This document shows positions 40,672 to 49,476 of a DNA stretch of 64,000 bases, in pieces. Made by a program: the position numbers and the translations under genes. The notes under the pieces are model-generated. The model worked only from the letters and a program-made list of their open reading frames with translations. It was not told the DNA's origin and ran no database searches. Source of the DNA: an uncultured Gelidibacter sp. (lineage in GTDB: Bacteria; Bacteroidota; Bacteroidia; Flavobacteriales; Flavobacteriaceae). The stretch is taken from NCBI RefSeq assembly GCF_947500795.1, contig NZ_CANMTE010000007.1, positions 12,456 through 76,455 of the forward strand, read 5' to 3'. Position 1 is the first letter of the stretch, and every line of letters begins with the position of its first letter.

Positions 40672-42753
40672 TTAATTTGAAAATGTGGATGCTGGCAATC
40701 CGGCATCATTGACTAAATTTCCGTTGGAAAAGGAACTATACACATACCTTACAAAGCGAGGGGTTTCAATTTCCGGGGACCAAATTTGCAAGACGTCATT
40801 CACGATTTTACTGTGTGCAGGAACAAATGTCTTGTCCGGTCCCGCAATATAAATATCATTCACAGAAGCGTTTCCTGGTGTTTTCAAACCTTGTCCGTGT
40901 TTAAAATGGACTTCCAACCTATTCTTGTTGACGTTTACAAAGTCTAAAAGTGGTCCGGAGAAAGAATTCTCAACACCATAAGTTTTATGAAGTGCTATTT
41001 TAGAAAGTCGCTCGCCCACAACCCATTTCTGTTTTGGATGCACATCAGTTTCATGGCCCACATCCAAACTGACCGCCATACCTGTATTTGGAATTTCCAA
41101 TAATCGGCGTTGCGAATCCCTAAACTCTCCCCAATTTGGACGATTGATACTGCTCAACTGCACATAATAAAAAGGCAATTCTGGAGTCTTGAAATGGCTA
41201 CGCCAATCGTCCACCAACAGTTTAAATAGTTTCGAATGCAAGTTGACATGCTCGGTATTTGATTCGCCTTGGTACCAGATGACGCCTTTTATTTTGTAAT
41301 CTCTGATGGGCATCACGCCTCCATCAAAGAGCATTGTTGGATGATAGGGATGTCTTGCCCTAATCCCATTCTTAGAAAGGCCTTTCATATTTAAAGCCGC
41401 ACGCTCTGCCACCCAAGTATCAACTTTAGGATGCAAGTGGGTATCATTAAGCAAACTCACGGTCTCAGGATGCTGTTCCATCGACTCCCTGCTGATCCAA
41501 CTTTGAATGGGCGCTCCACCCACAGCATTGTTAATGATTCCAACAGGAACCCCTAATTGCTTTTGAAGTTTATAGGCGAAGGCATAGGCTACTGCGGAAA
41601 AATCGTTTAGGTTTTCGGTTGTCGATGGAATCCATCCAGAGTTTTTGAAATACGAGTTGGCATTACATTCTTTAAGTTCAGCTTCTGTGTATGGTTTGTT
41701 AGACAATACTTTTCCGTCCATTGAGAATAGAAACACTTGCGGATTAAGGGAATCTTTTAAAACGGTCGCCGCATGTTCCATCTCACGGACTTTAAAGTCC
41801 ATGTTAGACTGCCCTGAAGCCAACCAAACCTCACCTATATACACCGACTTTATTTCAATAGAATTTTCAGCCGTTGCAAACTTTAAGGCATAAGGACCGC
41901 CTGCTGGCATTGGAGGAAAAGTGACCTGCCATTTGCCATGCACATCAGCTTTTGCTGTTTTCGAAACGTTGTTAAATCGAACAGTAATAGTTTCATCAGC
42001 ATTAGCTGTACCATTAAAACTAATCGGTTCATTACGTTGCAATACCATATTCTCGCCGTAGAGCACAGGGAGTTTTAATCCGCCGTAATCCCCAGTAAGA
42101 GCAGCATACACTTTATCGGCGATAACTGTTGCACCTTCTTTGGTGGGATGTAAATTATCAGGAAAGTATTCAGGAAATCTATAAAGTGGCTCGTGCAAAT
42201 CGATGACTTGTACTGCTGCTTTCTCGGCAATGCCTTCTATTTTTACTTGGATTTCCTTAAAACTTTCGCGCATGCCTTCTTCAAACCAATGGTGTCCAGA
42301 AAACGTGGGCGTCATTTTGCAAATCATAACTTCAGGCTTTGATGGCAGATTTTTGTAGAGTGCAATCATTTCCAAATAATCCTGTTCAAATTCGGCGTGG
42401 TGGTCTGGCCAGTTATTATTGCCTTGATCGTTCAGGCCTAAATGAATGATGACAATGTTAGGCCCAAAATCTTGTGACGCTTTAAATTGGGACGTTTTCC
42501 AATAAGGTTTATGTCCGTTTTTAAGCATAGTCGCCCCGGAATATCCAAAGTTTCCCACCTCGTAATTTGCGCCTAAACGCTCTTGCAGTTGTTGCGGATA
42601 GGAATTTTCTTCACGATCCTCAATTCCTGCCCCGAAGGTCACACTATCCCCCACACAGGCAACTTTTATGGTTTGGGAATTTAATAGGAAAGAAGAACAC
42701 AACATTAAACTCAGTAAAATTATGCGGTAATTATTTGAAGACTTTTTCATCAT
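40672..42753 (-). CDS. Two-domain sialate O-acetylesterase (GDSL/SGNH + SASA)
   Basis: VACVGDSVT...HLGLND...DNLHP, then WLASGQSNM...WYQGESN...DVHP. Probable start 42753 or 42750 (ORF track 42792). Confidence 0.9.
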   Translation of the reverse strand: MMKKSSNNYRIILLSLMLCSSFLLNSQTIKVACVGDSVTFGAGIEDREENSYPQQLQERLGANYEVGNFGYSGATMLKNGHKPYWKTSQFKASQDFGPNIVIIHLGLNDQGNNNWPDHHAEFEQDYLEMIALYKNLPSKPEVMICKMTPTFSGHHWFEEGMRESFKEIQVKIEGIAEKAAVQVIDLHEPLYRFPEYFPDNLHPTKEGATVIADKVYAALTGDYGGLKLPVLYGENMVLQRNEPISFNGTANADETITVRFNNVSKTAKADVHGKWQVTFPPMPAGGPYALKFATAENSIEIKSVYIGEVWLASGQSNMDFKVREMEHAATVLKDSLNPQVFLFSMDGKVLSNKPYTEAELKECNANSYFKNSGWIPSTTENLNDFSAVAYAFAYKLQKQLGVPVGIINNAVGGAPIQSWISRESMEQHPETVSLLNDTHLHPKVDTWVAERAALNMKGLSKNGIRARHPYHPTMLFDGGVMPIRDYKIKGVIWYQGESNTEHVNLHSKLFKLLVDDWRSHFKTPELPFYYVQLSSINRPNWGEFRDSQRRLLEIPNTGMAVSLDVGHETDVHPKQKWVVGERLSKIALHKTYGVENSFSGPLLDFVNVNKNRLEVHFKHGQGLKTPGNASVNDIYIAGPDKTFVPAHSKIVNDVLQIWSPEIETPRFVRYVYSSFSNGNLVNDAGLPASTFSN

Positions 42754-42760
42754 AAATAAG

Positions 42761-43462
42761 TTATAGCGATCCAACAATCCAAAGTACAACATACGGCGAA
42801 ATAAGTGTGGTCAGAATTCCATTGACACACATGGCCAATCCACTATACGCGCCGGGTAAAGGTCCGATTTCAATAGCACGCGCAGTACCGATACCATGTG
42901 CTGCGGTCCCGAGCGCCGTTCCTACAGCGGTCTGGCTTTTGATGCCTATTAACCTCAAAAATCCCGATCCAAAGGCATTTCCAAAAACCCCTACCGCAAT
43001 CACAACACCTGCCGTTAAGGAAGGAATTCCTTCAGTGATTTTGGTGATTTCAATCGCTATTGGCGTGGTGACTGACATGGACACAAGTGACCTGATGAGC
43101 ACATCAGGAGCATGCATCGCAATAGAAATTAAGGATACCGAAGCAATACTGATGATACCGCCACAACCTACGGCCAATAAAAAAGGGTAAATGTTATGTT
43201 CGATCAGTTGGTATTTTTCATAAAAGAGAACACCAAGCGCTACAATGGCTGGTCCCAGAAAAAAACTCAAATATTGTCCGCCTTTATTATAATCCTCAAA
43301 AGGGATATCAAAAACTACCAAAAACAGAATAATGAGTGTAATGGCTACTAAAACAGGATTAAATAAAACGAATTTTATTTTGGACCGTAAAGCTCGCGCA
43401 GCAAAAAAAACCACGACGGTAAGAAGAATGCCAAAAACGGGAAGCTGATAGAAGTCAATCAT
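42761..43462 (-). CDS. lrgB: LrgB-family membrane protein
   Basis: FLGPAIVALG, SVTTPIAIEI, ALGTAAHGIGTARA; probable start MIDFY at 43462, overlapping the lrgA stop (ATGATTGA). Confidence 0.92.
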   Translation of the reverse strand: MIDFYQLPVFGILLTVVVFFAARALRSKIKFVLFNPVLVAITLIILFLVVFDIPFEDYNKGGQYLSFFLGPAIVALGVLFYEKYQLIEHNIYPFLLAVGCGGIISIASVSLISIAMHAPDVLIRSLVSMSVTTPIAIEITKITEGIPSLTAGVVIAVGVFGNAFGSGFLRLIGIKSQTAVGTALGTAAHGIGTARAIEIGPLPGAYSGLAMCVNGILTTLISPYVVLWIVGSL

Positions 43463-43793
43463 GTTTTTCCAGTTTTTGTTGTACGAACGCTGTAATGTAG
43501 AGGGTGAGTAGCGTCGTGACAACTGCAATAACAGATAGAATCATCCAGTAAGCACTTATAAAATCAAAGTACGACATGAGTCCAACGCCATAAGGCACAA
43601 AAAACAGTACCATGTACTTCAATAGTTGATCTGAAGCCGGTTTCACGTCTTTCAGCTGGATCAACTTTAATTTTAAAGCGCTGAAAATTAAAATCATCCC
43701 CAAGATATTCCCAGGAATTGGAACATCTGACACGTAGCGAATCAACTCTCCTATCCCGAGGAATAAAAAAATCCAGAGGAATGCTTTGAGCAT
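43455..43793 (-). CDS. lrgA: CidA/LrgA-family membrane protein
   Basis: VPIPGNILGMIL, LLKYMVLFFVPYGVGLM; probable start MLKAF at 43793. Confidence 0.92.
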   Translation of the reverse strand: MLKAFLWIFLFLGIGELIRYVSDVPIPGNILGMILIFSALKLKLIQLKDVKPASDQLLKYMVLFFVPYGVGLMSYFDFISAYWMILSVIAVVTTLLTLYITAFVQQKLEKHD

Positions 43794-43847
43794 TTGTAAT
43801 CGACTACGGAGTGGACTCATTAATTTTCAGCGCTATGAGAAAAAAGG

Positions 43848-44975
43848 TTATTTTTTCTTAGGTTTTTGATAGGTGTCTGCACCATCAGTCAACCAATTTA
43901 GTGAAAAACTCACAAATGGATTCTTAGTATAGTTATCTTGTTCAAAGAACAATCCGATATCACCATTATCAAGAATTGTCATCTCTGAATATGCAGAAGA
44001 CCCTTCATAAATAGTTTTTCCTTCTGACCAGGTTTTTCCTTCGTCATAACTGATACGCACGGTCATATTAACACGTCCTTTTTCAGATTTCGCATTTGAA
44101 AAAAGTAGTCTGTTCTTTTTGTAACCATCTTCAATTGACGTATAGCGAATGATGCTGGCATTACATCCTGGATCAATCAACTCTGGCGCAGGAACGGTAG
44201 TCCATGATTTTCCTTCATCTGTAGAGGTGTGCACGTAACGTAAGCCTTTGCCATTAACACGAGCGTTGATCATTAAGGTACCATCAGCAAGCTCAATCAC
44301 TTTGGATTCGTCAGCTGGTTGAATTGGCGTGTCTATAAAATACCAAGTTTTACCGTGGTCATCACTACCAAACAAGTGTAGGCCACTATTCAAATTCACC
44401 ATGGTATGCAATAATTTGCCTGAGCGGGTTTGGATACCTCTTCCTGAAGTGATGAATTTAAAATCTTTGTGCCATTCTGATTTCGCGATTTGTGAGGTAA
44501 TATCTACCGGTTTACTCCAGGTTTTACCGTTATCAGAACTCTTCACATAATGTAGGTAATAGATATCTTTTTCAGTATCCAAATTCATATAATTATAGAA
44601 CATGAAAATCTCATTGGTTACGTGATCTACAATAAATGAAGGATCAGAAGCTGATTCACCATAAGGGAAATCGACTGCCGTTTCAATATCTGACCATGTT
44701 TTCCCATTATCAGCGCTTCGTCTGACAATAATATTAATGTCCTTACTGAATTTCAAATCGCCACAGCCAGGCACACGTTCATCAATTGCCGCAATCACAT
44801 CGCCATTTGGGGCGGTAATAATGGCTGGAATACGGTAACACTCTACACCTTCAGTCATTGAAGTGTTGAACAAATCTTGAAATACGGGCGCACCATCATT
44901 TGTGCTCGTGTTTTGGGTTTTTACACCGCAATTAAAAAGGAATACTGGAATCAGTAATGCAATTAGTTTTCTCAT
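43848..44975 (-). CDS. nanH: GH33 exo-alpha-sialidase, catalytic-domain-only lipoprotein
   Basis: Lipobox LFNC; YRIP; five Asp-boxes (SADNGKTW, SSDNGKTW, SDDHGKTW, STDEGKSW, SYDEGKTW); catalytic residues in ADESK, NAR, KGR and SAYS. Confidence 0.93.
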   Translation of the reverse strand: MRKLIALLIPVFLFNCGVKTQNTSTNDGAPVFQDLFNTSMTEGVECYRIPAIITAPNGDVIAAIDERVPGCGDLKFSKDINIIVRRSADNGKTWSDIETAVDFPYGESASDPSFIVDHVTNEIFMFYNYMNLDTEKDIYYLHYVKSSDNGKTWSKPVDITSQIAKSEWHKDFKFITSGRGIQTRSGKLLHTMVNLNSGLHLFGSDDHGKTWYFIDTPIQPADESKVIELADGTLMINARVNGKGLRYVHTSTDEGKSWTTVPAPELIDPGCNASIIRYTSIEDGYKKNRLLFSNAKSEKGRVNMTVRISYDEGKTWSEGKTIYEGSSAYSEMTILDNGDIGLFFEQDNYTKNPFVSFSLNWLTDGADTYQKPKKK

Positions 44976-45017
44976 GGTTAAAAATGTATTATTTATTATT
45001 CTCTTATTATCGGATAT

Positions 45018-45059
45018 AGAATTAAGACTGCTTCGCTGTTAGAATTAAGAATCAAGACT
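45018..45059 (-). repeat. Inverted copy of the 42-bp dispersed repeat (GCGAAGC core)
   Basis: Reverse complement AGTCTTGATTCTTAATTCTAACAGCGAAGCAGTCTTAATTCT versus AGTCTTGATACTTTGTTCTAGCAGCGCAGCGATCTTAATTCT at 10169. Confidence 0.75.
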
Positions 45060-45188
45060 TAATTAGGACTTTAATAATAGACAATCTGTGTTTAAAATAG
45101 ATTTGCCCAATTATTCTCATACTTTTTTTTCAAATGAATACATTCATTTTGAAGCTCTCGAATCAGTCCCTATCTGTTTTGACAGTCT

Positions 45189-45962
45189 TTATTCGTACAT
45201 ATTATGCACATTCGCGTGATGTAATTCTTCAAAAAAATCAGCGATGTTGCTTACTACAGCGTCTAAAAATGCTTTGCCTTTTTCTGCAGTCGCTTTTATC
45301 GGATTACCCACACCGGTATCTTCAGTTACCTGTGTCCATTGACGTTGCGAGCTCACCCAACCTTCTCTAAGGCCTTTAATTTTAAATTGTTTGGCACTTC
45401 CACTTCCTGCTTGCTCAAGTGGTAATACCAAATTTGGCACAATATGCATCACTGCAGAAGTCTCCAACTCGCCGGCATGATCTCCAGGTTCATCAAAATA
45501 GTCTTTAGCATTGGCTGCCTGAAACCAGTTTAGGGCACAGACAAACACGTTTGGAAATTCTATGCTCAGTTCGCGAATCATCTGCTTAAAATTATTGCCG
45601 CCGTGTGCATTGACGATCACTAATTTTTGAATGTTTTGACCATCCAACACCTCAACCACATCTCTCAAAACAGCATATTGTGTGCTTGGATTCATATTGA
45701 TACATAACGAAATGTCCATCTGACCTGTATTCACTCCAAAAGGAATGGTTGGCAACACCACCACCTTCGCACCCTTATTCCAGGCTTGTTCCGCAGCAGC
45801 GATAGCCACATATTCTGCTTGAATATTATCAGTGGCATACGGCAGGTGGTAATTATGGGCTTCCGTAGCGCCCCATGGCAAAATAGCTACCGTATAATTG
45901 GTGTCTTTAACTGACTTCCAATTGGTTTCTGCCAACACATAAGGTCGTATAGCGTTCGTCAT
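45189..45962 (-). CDS. Creatininase-family metallo-amidohydrolase
   Basis: LPWGATEAHNYHLPYATD (E-x-H...D), NAHGGN, DHAGELETS; metal ligands intact; no signal peptide. Confidence 0.9.
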   Translation of the reverse strand: MTNAIRPYVLAETNWKSVKDTNYTVAILPWGATEAHNYHLPYATDNIQAEYVAIAAAEQAWNKGAKVVVLPTIPFGVNTGQMDISLCINMNPSTQYAVLRDVVEVLDGQNIQKLVIVNAHGGNNFKQMIRELSIEFPNVFVCALNWFQAANAKDYFDEPGDHAGELETSAVMHIVPNLVLPLEQAGSGSAKQFKIKGLREGWVSSQRQWTQVTEDTGVGNPIKATAEKGKAFLDAVVSNIADFFEELHHANVHNMYE

Positions 45963-45966
45963 CGTA

Positions 45967-47127
45967 TTATTTCTTTTGTTCTATTTTTTCGAACGATTTC
46001 CAACATTGGTACATCGCTCTTGGCACATGGAAACATCCTTTCCATTTGCCACCTTTTAAATCTAATAACACCTCGCCTTGGCGGTTCAAATAACCATACC
46101 ATTCGCCATTTTCAGGATCTGAGAAATGAGACCACGCATACTCGTGAACCTTTTCATACCAATCCATCAATTCTTTTCTCCCTGTGTGTTCATACGCTTT
46201 AGATAATGCGACCAAAGCTTCTAAGTGTACCCACCATAGTTTTTGATCCCACTCCAACTGTTGTGGCGGTTTGTTCATGACGTCCATAAAGTATAGGATT
46301 CCGCCATACTTTTTATCCCATCCGTAGTCCAAAATTCTTAGGATGGTATCCGCAGCTTTATTGATCAATTCCTTATCATTTCTTCTCACCCCAATATCAA
46401 TCATAAACCACATGGCTTCAATACCGTGACCCGGATTTATAAGTCGGCCGTTATAACTATCCTCATGCGTGCCATCAGGACGGACAAATTCGTACACAAG
46501 TCCGGATTCTTTATCTAAAAACACATTCATGACTTCATTGATACTGAAATCGATGGTTTTGTTCACTTCCTCTTCATCCAAAACCCCTTCCAATTCCAAC
46601 ACTAAGTTGGACAAAATCATTGGCAAGGAAAAACTTTTCAACGGGCGCTCACTGGTCGTTTTCTCGTAACTCCCTTTTGGATTGTCTTTCTTTTTAAGAA
46701 TATTCAAATAGGTTTGCTTGGCGAGTTGTTTAATTTCTTCATCACCAGATGCCATAGCGTATTGACTAAAAGCCATCGCTGCAAAACAATCTGAAAAAAT
46801 ATTATACGGCTGTACTAACGGATTTCCTTCTTTGGTTGTCGAGAAATAGAAATTGCCATCTTTATCCATACCGTGTTTAATGATAAAGTCAATACCATGT
46901 TTGGCTAACTTCAACCAGTTTTCATTTTTTTCGACAGTATTGTAAAGCATAGAAAAGGTCCACGCTTGACGACCTTGAAGCCACATAAATTTATCCGTAT
47001 CATAAACTTTACCTGTTTTATCCAAACATGTAAAATAACCACCATGCTCTGTATCAATCGAGTGTTGTTCCCAAAAAGGGATGACATCATTCAACAAAGT
47101 GTTTTTATAAAGTGTTGTATAGTTCAT
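45967..47127 (-). CDS. nanE: N-acylglucosamine 2-epimerase (AGE family)
   Basis: [51 protein letters not shown]. Confidence 0.93.
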   Translation of the reverse strand: MNYTTLYKNTLLNDVIPFWEQHSIDTEHGGYFTCLDKTGKVYDTDKFMWLQGRQAWTFSMLYNTVEKNENWLKLAKHGIDFIIKHGMDKDGNFYFSTTKEGNPLVQPYNIFSDCFAAMAFSQYAMASGDEEIKQLAKQTYLNILKKKDNPKGSYEKTTSERPLKSFSLPMILSNLVLELEGVLDEEEVNKTIDFSINEVMNVFLDKESGLVYEFVRPDGTHEDSYNGRLINPGHGIEAMWFMIDIGVRRNDKELINKAADTILRILDYGWDKKYGGILYFMDVMNKPPQQLEWDQKLWWVHLEALVALSKAYEHTGRKELMDWYEKVHEYAWSHFSDPENGEWYGYLNRQGEVLLDLKGGKWKGCFHVPRAMYQCWKSFEKIEQKK

Positions 47128-47187
47128 TGTATTATATTTATGGAAAAATAAAAGCCCGATAAAAGTCCAAAAAAATTGTTATATTCG

Positions 47188-47209
47188 TGTATATGTAATA
47201 CATAATACA
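47188..47209. promoter_or_regulatory. Candidate GntR (NanR-like) operator, nanE side
   Basis: GTATATGT-AAT-ACATAATAC; core TGTAATACATAATACA (47194-47209) matches 54330-54345 at 14/16. Confidence 0.6.
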
Positions 47210-47216
47210 AACTTAG

Positions 47217-47249
47217 CAAATTTAGATTGATAAATTACATTTGCACAAA
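47217..47249 (-). promoter_or_regulatory. Bacteroidota sigma70-type promoter for the nanE operon
   Basis: Minus strand TTTG(47249-46)-N21-TAAATTTG(47224-17). A plus-strand -7 box TACATTTG (47236-43) probably serves the GntR gene. Confidence 0.7.
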
Positions 47250-47259
47250 TTAAAATTCA

Positions 47260-47979
47260 ATGAAAAATCGCATTGCCATAAAGCCCTTAACTAATTTAAG
47301 CCTAGTAGATAAGGTAGAAATAAGTATTACAGAATATATTAAAAATAATAAGCTTCAGGTTGGTGATGCGATCCCAAAAGAAACGGAGTTTGCTGAGACT
47401 TTGGGGGTGAGTAGAACGGTGATTAGAGAAGCCCTTACCCGATTGCGCACGATTGGCATTATCGATTCAAAAAAACATAAAGGCATGGTTTTAAGCCAGC
47501 CGGACTTTATTTTGAATTTTGAGAAAGTGATGAGCCTTAACTTAATGGGCGATGAAGCTTTAAAGGATATTTTTGAAATGCGTTTGATTCTAGAAATGGG
47601 GATGGTCGATTTAGTGTTCGCCAGAAAAACAGCCGAAGACTTGGAAGAGTTGACCAAAATAGTAGATAGAATGGAGAAAAAGTCTCCCCATTCGAGTGTT
47701 TTTAGTTTGAAAAATGAGGTGGCATTTCACGGAAAACTTTACGAAATGTCAGGCAACAGAACTTTGCAACGCGTACAAAATATTTTGTTACCGGTGTTTC
47801 AATACGTGCATGACCACAAATTATCAGATGCCAAAACCTATAAGTATTCCAAGAAATTCGTCACGCATCGCGATCTTTTAAATTACCTAAAGGATGACGA
47901 CATTAAAAAATTCAGAAAAGGATTGGCGCAGCATTTAGAACCTCATTTTGAGAGAGTCCTTATGAATTCTGAATTTTAA
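47260..47979 (+). CDS. FadR/GntR-family transcriptional regulator (NanR-like)
   Basis: wHTH motif GDAIPKETEFAETLGVSRTVIREAL; C-terminal FCD domain (EVAFHGKLY); embedded in the nan cluster. Confidence 0.93.
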   Translation: MKNRIAIKPLTNLSLVDKVEISITEYIKNNKLQVGDAIPKETEFAETLGVSRTVIREALTRLRTIGIIDSKKHKGMVLSQPDFILNFEKVMSLNLMGDEALKDIFEMRLILEMGMVDLVFARKTAEDLEELTKIVDRMEKKSPHSSVFSLKNEVAFHGKLYEMSGNRTLQRVQNILLPVFQYVHDHKLSDAKTYKYSKKFVTHRDLLNYLKDDDIKKFRKGLAQHLEPHFERVLMNSEF

Positions 47980-48418
47980 CTTTAACCACTACTTTTTTCA
48001 CGTTTGATGGAGCTCCAGTAGTCACTTCGGGCATGTGGATATCGTCTGGAAAGAAGATGGCATACATTCCTGCTTTAACCGTGATAATGTCATAAGGCTC
48101 CTCAAATAGCATGTAATCATCTTCTGGATCATAGGCTTTTTTAGGGTCTTGTCCTGATTTCATAGTGACGCCCATATGCTCAACACCTTCAATTACATAT
48201 TGTACATCAATATATTTGATGTGAGACTCCATAAGTTGATCTTCAATTGGCTTTGTTGGGTATTCCTTTAAAATAGCAAAGACAGCATCGCCATCAATCT
48301 CATGTTTGCCTACTGGCAAGGCATCAAAATTGGTGTTTTTAATATACGCTAACGCCTTATCAATCCCTTTGTGAAGGCCTTTGTATAGGCCTATGTTTTC
48401 AATTTTATCTACAATCAT
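47960..48418 (-). CDS. nanQ: YhcH/YjgK/YiaL-family protein (NanQ-like)
   Basis: ESHIKYIDVQY, IFFPDDIHMP, VKKVVVKV; adjacent to nanA. Family is clear; orthology to NanQ is inferred from context. Confidence 0.85.
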   Translation of the reverse strand: MIVDKIENIGLYKGLHKGIDKALAYIKNTNFDALPVGKHEIDGDAVFAILKEYPTKPIEDQLMESHIKYIDVQYVIEGVEHMGVTMKSGQDPKKAYDPEDDYMLFEEPYDIITVKAGMYAIFFPDDIHMPEVTTGAPSNVKKVVVKVKIQNS

Positions 48419-48438
48419 ATTAAATCTGTTTTAAACAT

Positions 48439-48476
48439 AAAAAAACCAAGTTCAAAAGTAAATTCAAACTTGGTTT
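48439..48476 (-). terminator. Terminator after nanA
   Basis: Stem AAACCAAGTT/AACTTGGTTT, 14-nt loop, T-tract on the minus strand. Confidence 0.8.
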
Positions 48477-48484
48477 CTTTCAAA
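48453..48484 (-). promoter_or_regulatory. nanQ promoter nested in the terminator
   Basis: TTTG(48484-81)-N20-TACTTTTG(48460-53); the -7 box lies in the hairpin loop. Confidence 0.65.
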
Positions 48485-48498
48485 ATTAATTATTGCTA

Positions 48499-49404
48499 TT
48501 AATTACTTAAATGTTCTAATAATCCGATACGCTCCAATTCTGCCCTGATTTCAACATAAACATCATCAGAAAGCGTGGCATGTGGAAATCTGCTTGGTCC
48601 ACAATCGATGCCCAAAGTCTTCATAAAGCCTTTAGCAACGCCGTTAAATCCACCGTAACCATCTAATATTTCAACAAATCGTATTGCTTTTGTTTGCAAT
48701 GCAGCTGCTTCAGCCATTTTGCCTTCTTCAAACAAAGATTTTATTTTATAATATGCCGGTGCTAAATGGTTATAAGTACTTCCTACCCATCCATCAGCTC
48801 CTAATGGTAAACTTGAAAGAAAGATCTCATCAAATCCGAAAAGGATGTTGTATTTACCGCCTTCAAAATTCTTGCAATGCAAATAATCGATCAGGTTGTT
48901 ATTGGTAAACTTGATGCCTTCTAAATTCGGGATTTCTTTAGAGGCCACTTTTAAGAACTCAGCCATGTTTAAATTGGCGCCACTCAACACTGGAATGTGG
49001 TAATAGTAAAACGGTAAATTAGGCGCACAAGCGGCAACTTCTTTACAATAGTGCACCAACTTATCAATACTATTTAATTTAAAATAGTAAGGCGCTAATA
49101 CAGCAATGGCGTCTACTTTATCTGCAGCAAATGTCGCTAAGTCTTTTGCCACCTTCAAACTTGGATCTCCAACGTGGTCAATCAAATATAAATCTGACGA
49201 TTTATGTTTAGCCCAAGCACTGGTTATTTCCTTGCGCTCTTCAGTAGATAAGGACACGAAGTCTCCTGTGGAGCCATTCATAAAAATTCCGGCTACTTTA
49301 TTTTTAACCAAAAATTCTCCATAGGCCTTAATAACACTGGTATTTAATGAACCATCTTGGTGCATTGGCGCATAGGTAGCTGCTATTAAATTATTTATTT
49401 TCAT
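48499..49404 (-). CDS. nanA: N-acetylneuraminate lyase (DHDPS family)
   Basis: NGSTGDF, YYYHIP, Schiff-base GIKFT, FGFDE, GWVGSTYN; nan context. Confidence 0.92.
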   Translation of the reverse strand: MKINNLIAATYAPMHQDGSLNTSVIKAYGEFLVKNKVAGIFMNGSTGDFVSLSTEERKEITSAWAKHKSSDLYLIDHVGDPSLKVAKDLATFAADKVDAIAVLAPYYFKLNSIDKLVHYCKEVAACAPNLPFYYYHIPVLSGANLNMAEFLKVASKEIPNLEGIKFTNNNLIDYLHCKNFEGGKYNILFGFDEIFLSSLPLGADGWVGSTYNHLAPAYYKIKSLFEEGKMAEAAALQTKAIRFVEILDGYGGFNGVAKGFMKTLGIDCGPSRFPHATLSDDVYVEIRAELERIGLLEHLSN

Positions 49405-49437
49405 ATATGCTTTTTAACGAATAGTGTGAATTTTAAT

Positions 49438-49476
49438 AAAAAGAGAGTTAAGATTTCAAACATAACTCTCCTTTTT
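49438..49476 (-). terminator. Terminator after the second susD
   Basis: Stem GAGAGTTA/TAACTCTC with A5/T5 flanks, 12-nt loop, T5 tract on the minus strand. Confidence 0.8.

Noticed and set aside
42761-43793. lrgA/lrgB as prophage lysis genes
   Set aside because: No endolysin, structural or integrase genes nearby; the pair is embedded in a metabolic operon.
45129-45153. Hairpin between the creatininase-like gene and the sialidase as an operon terminator
   Set aside because: It is followed by an A-run, not a T-run, on the transcribed minus strand; at most a stability element.
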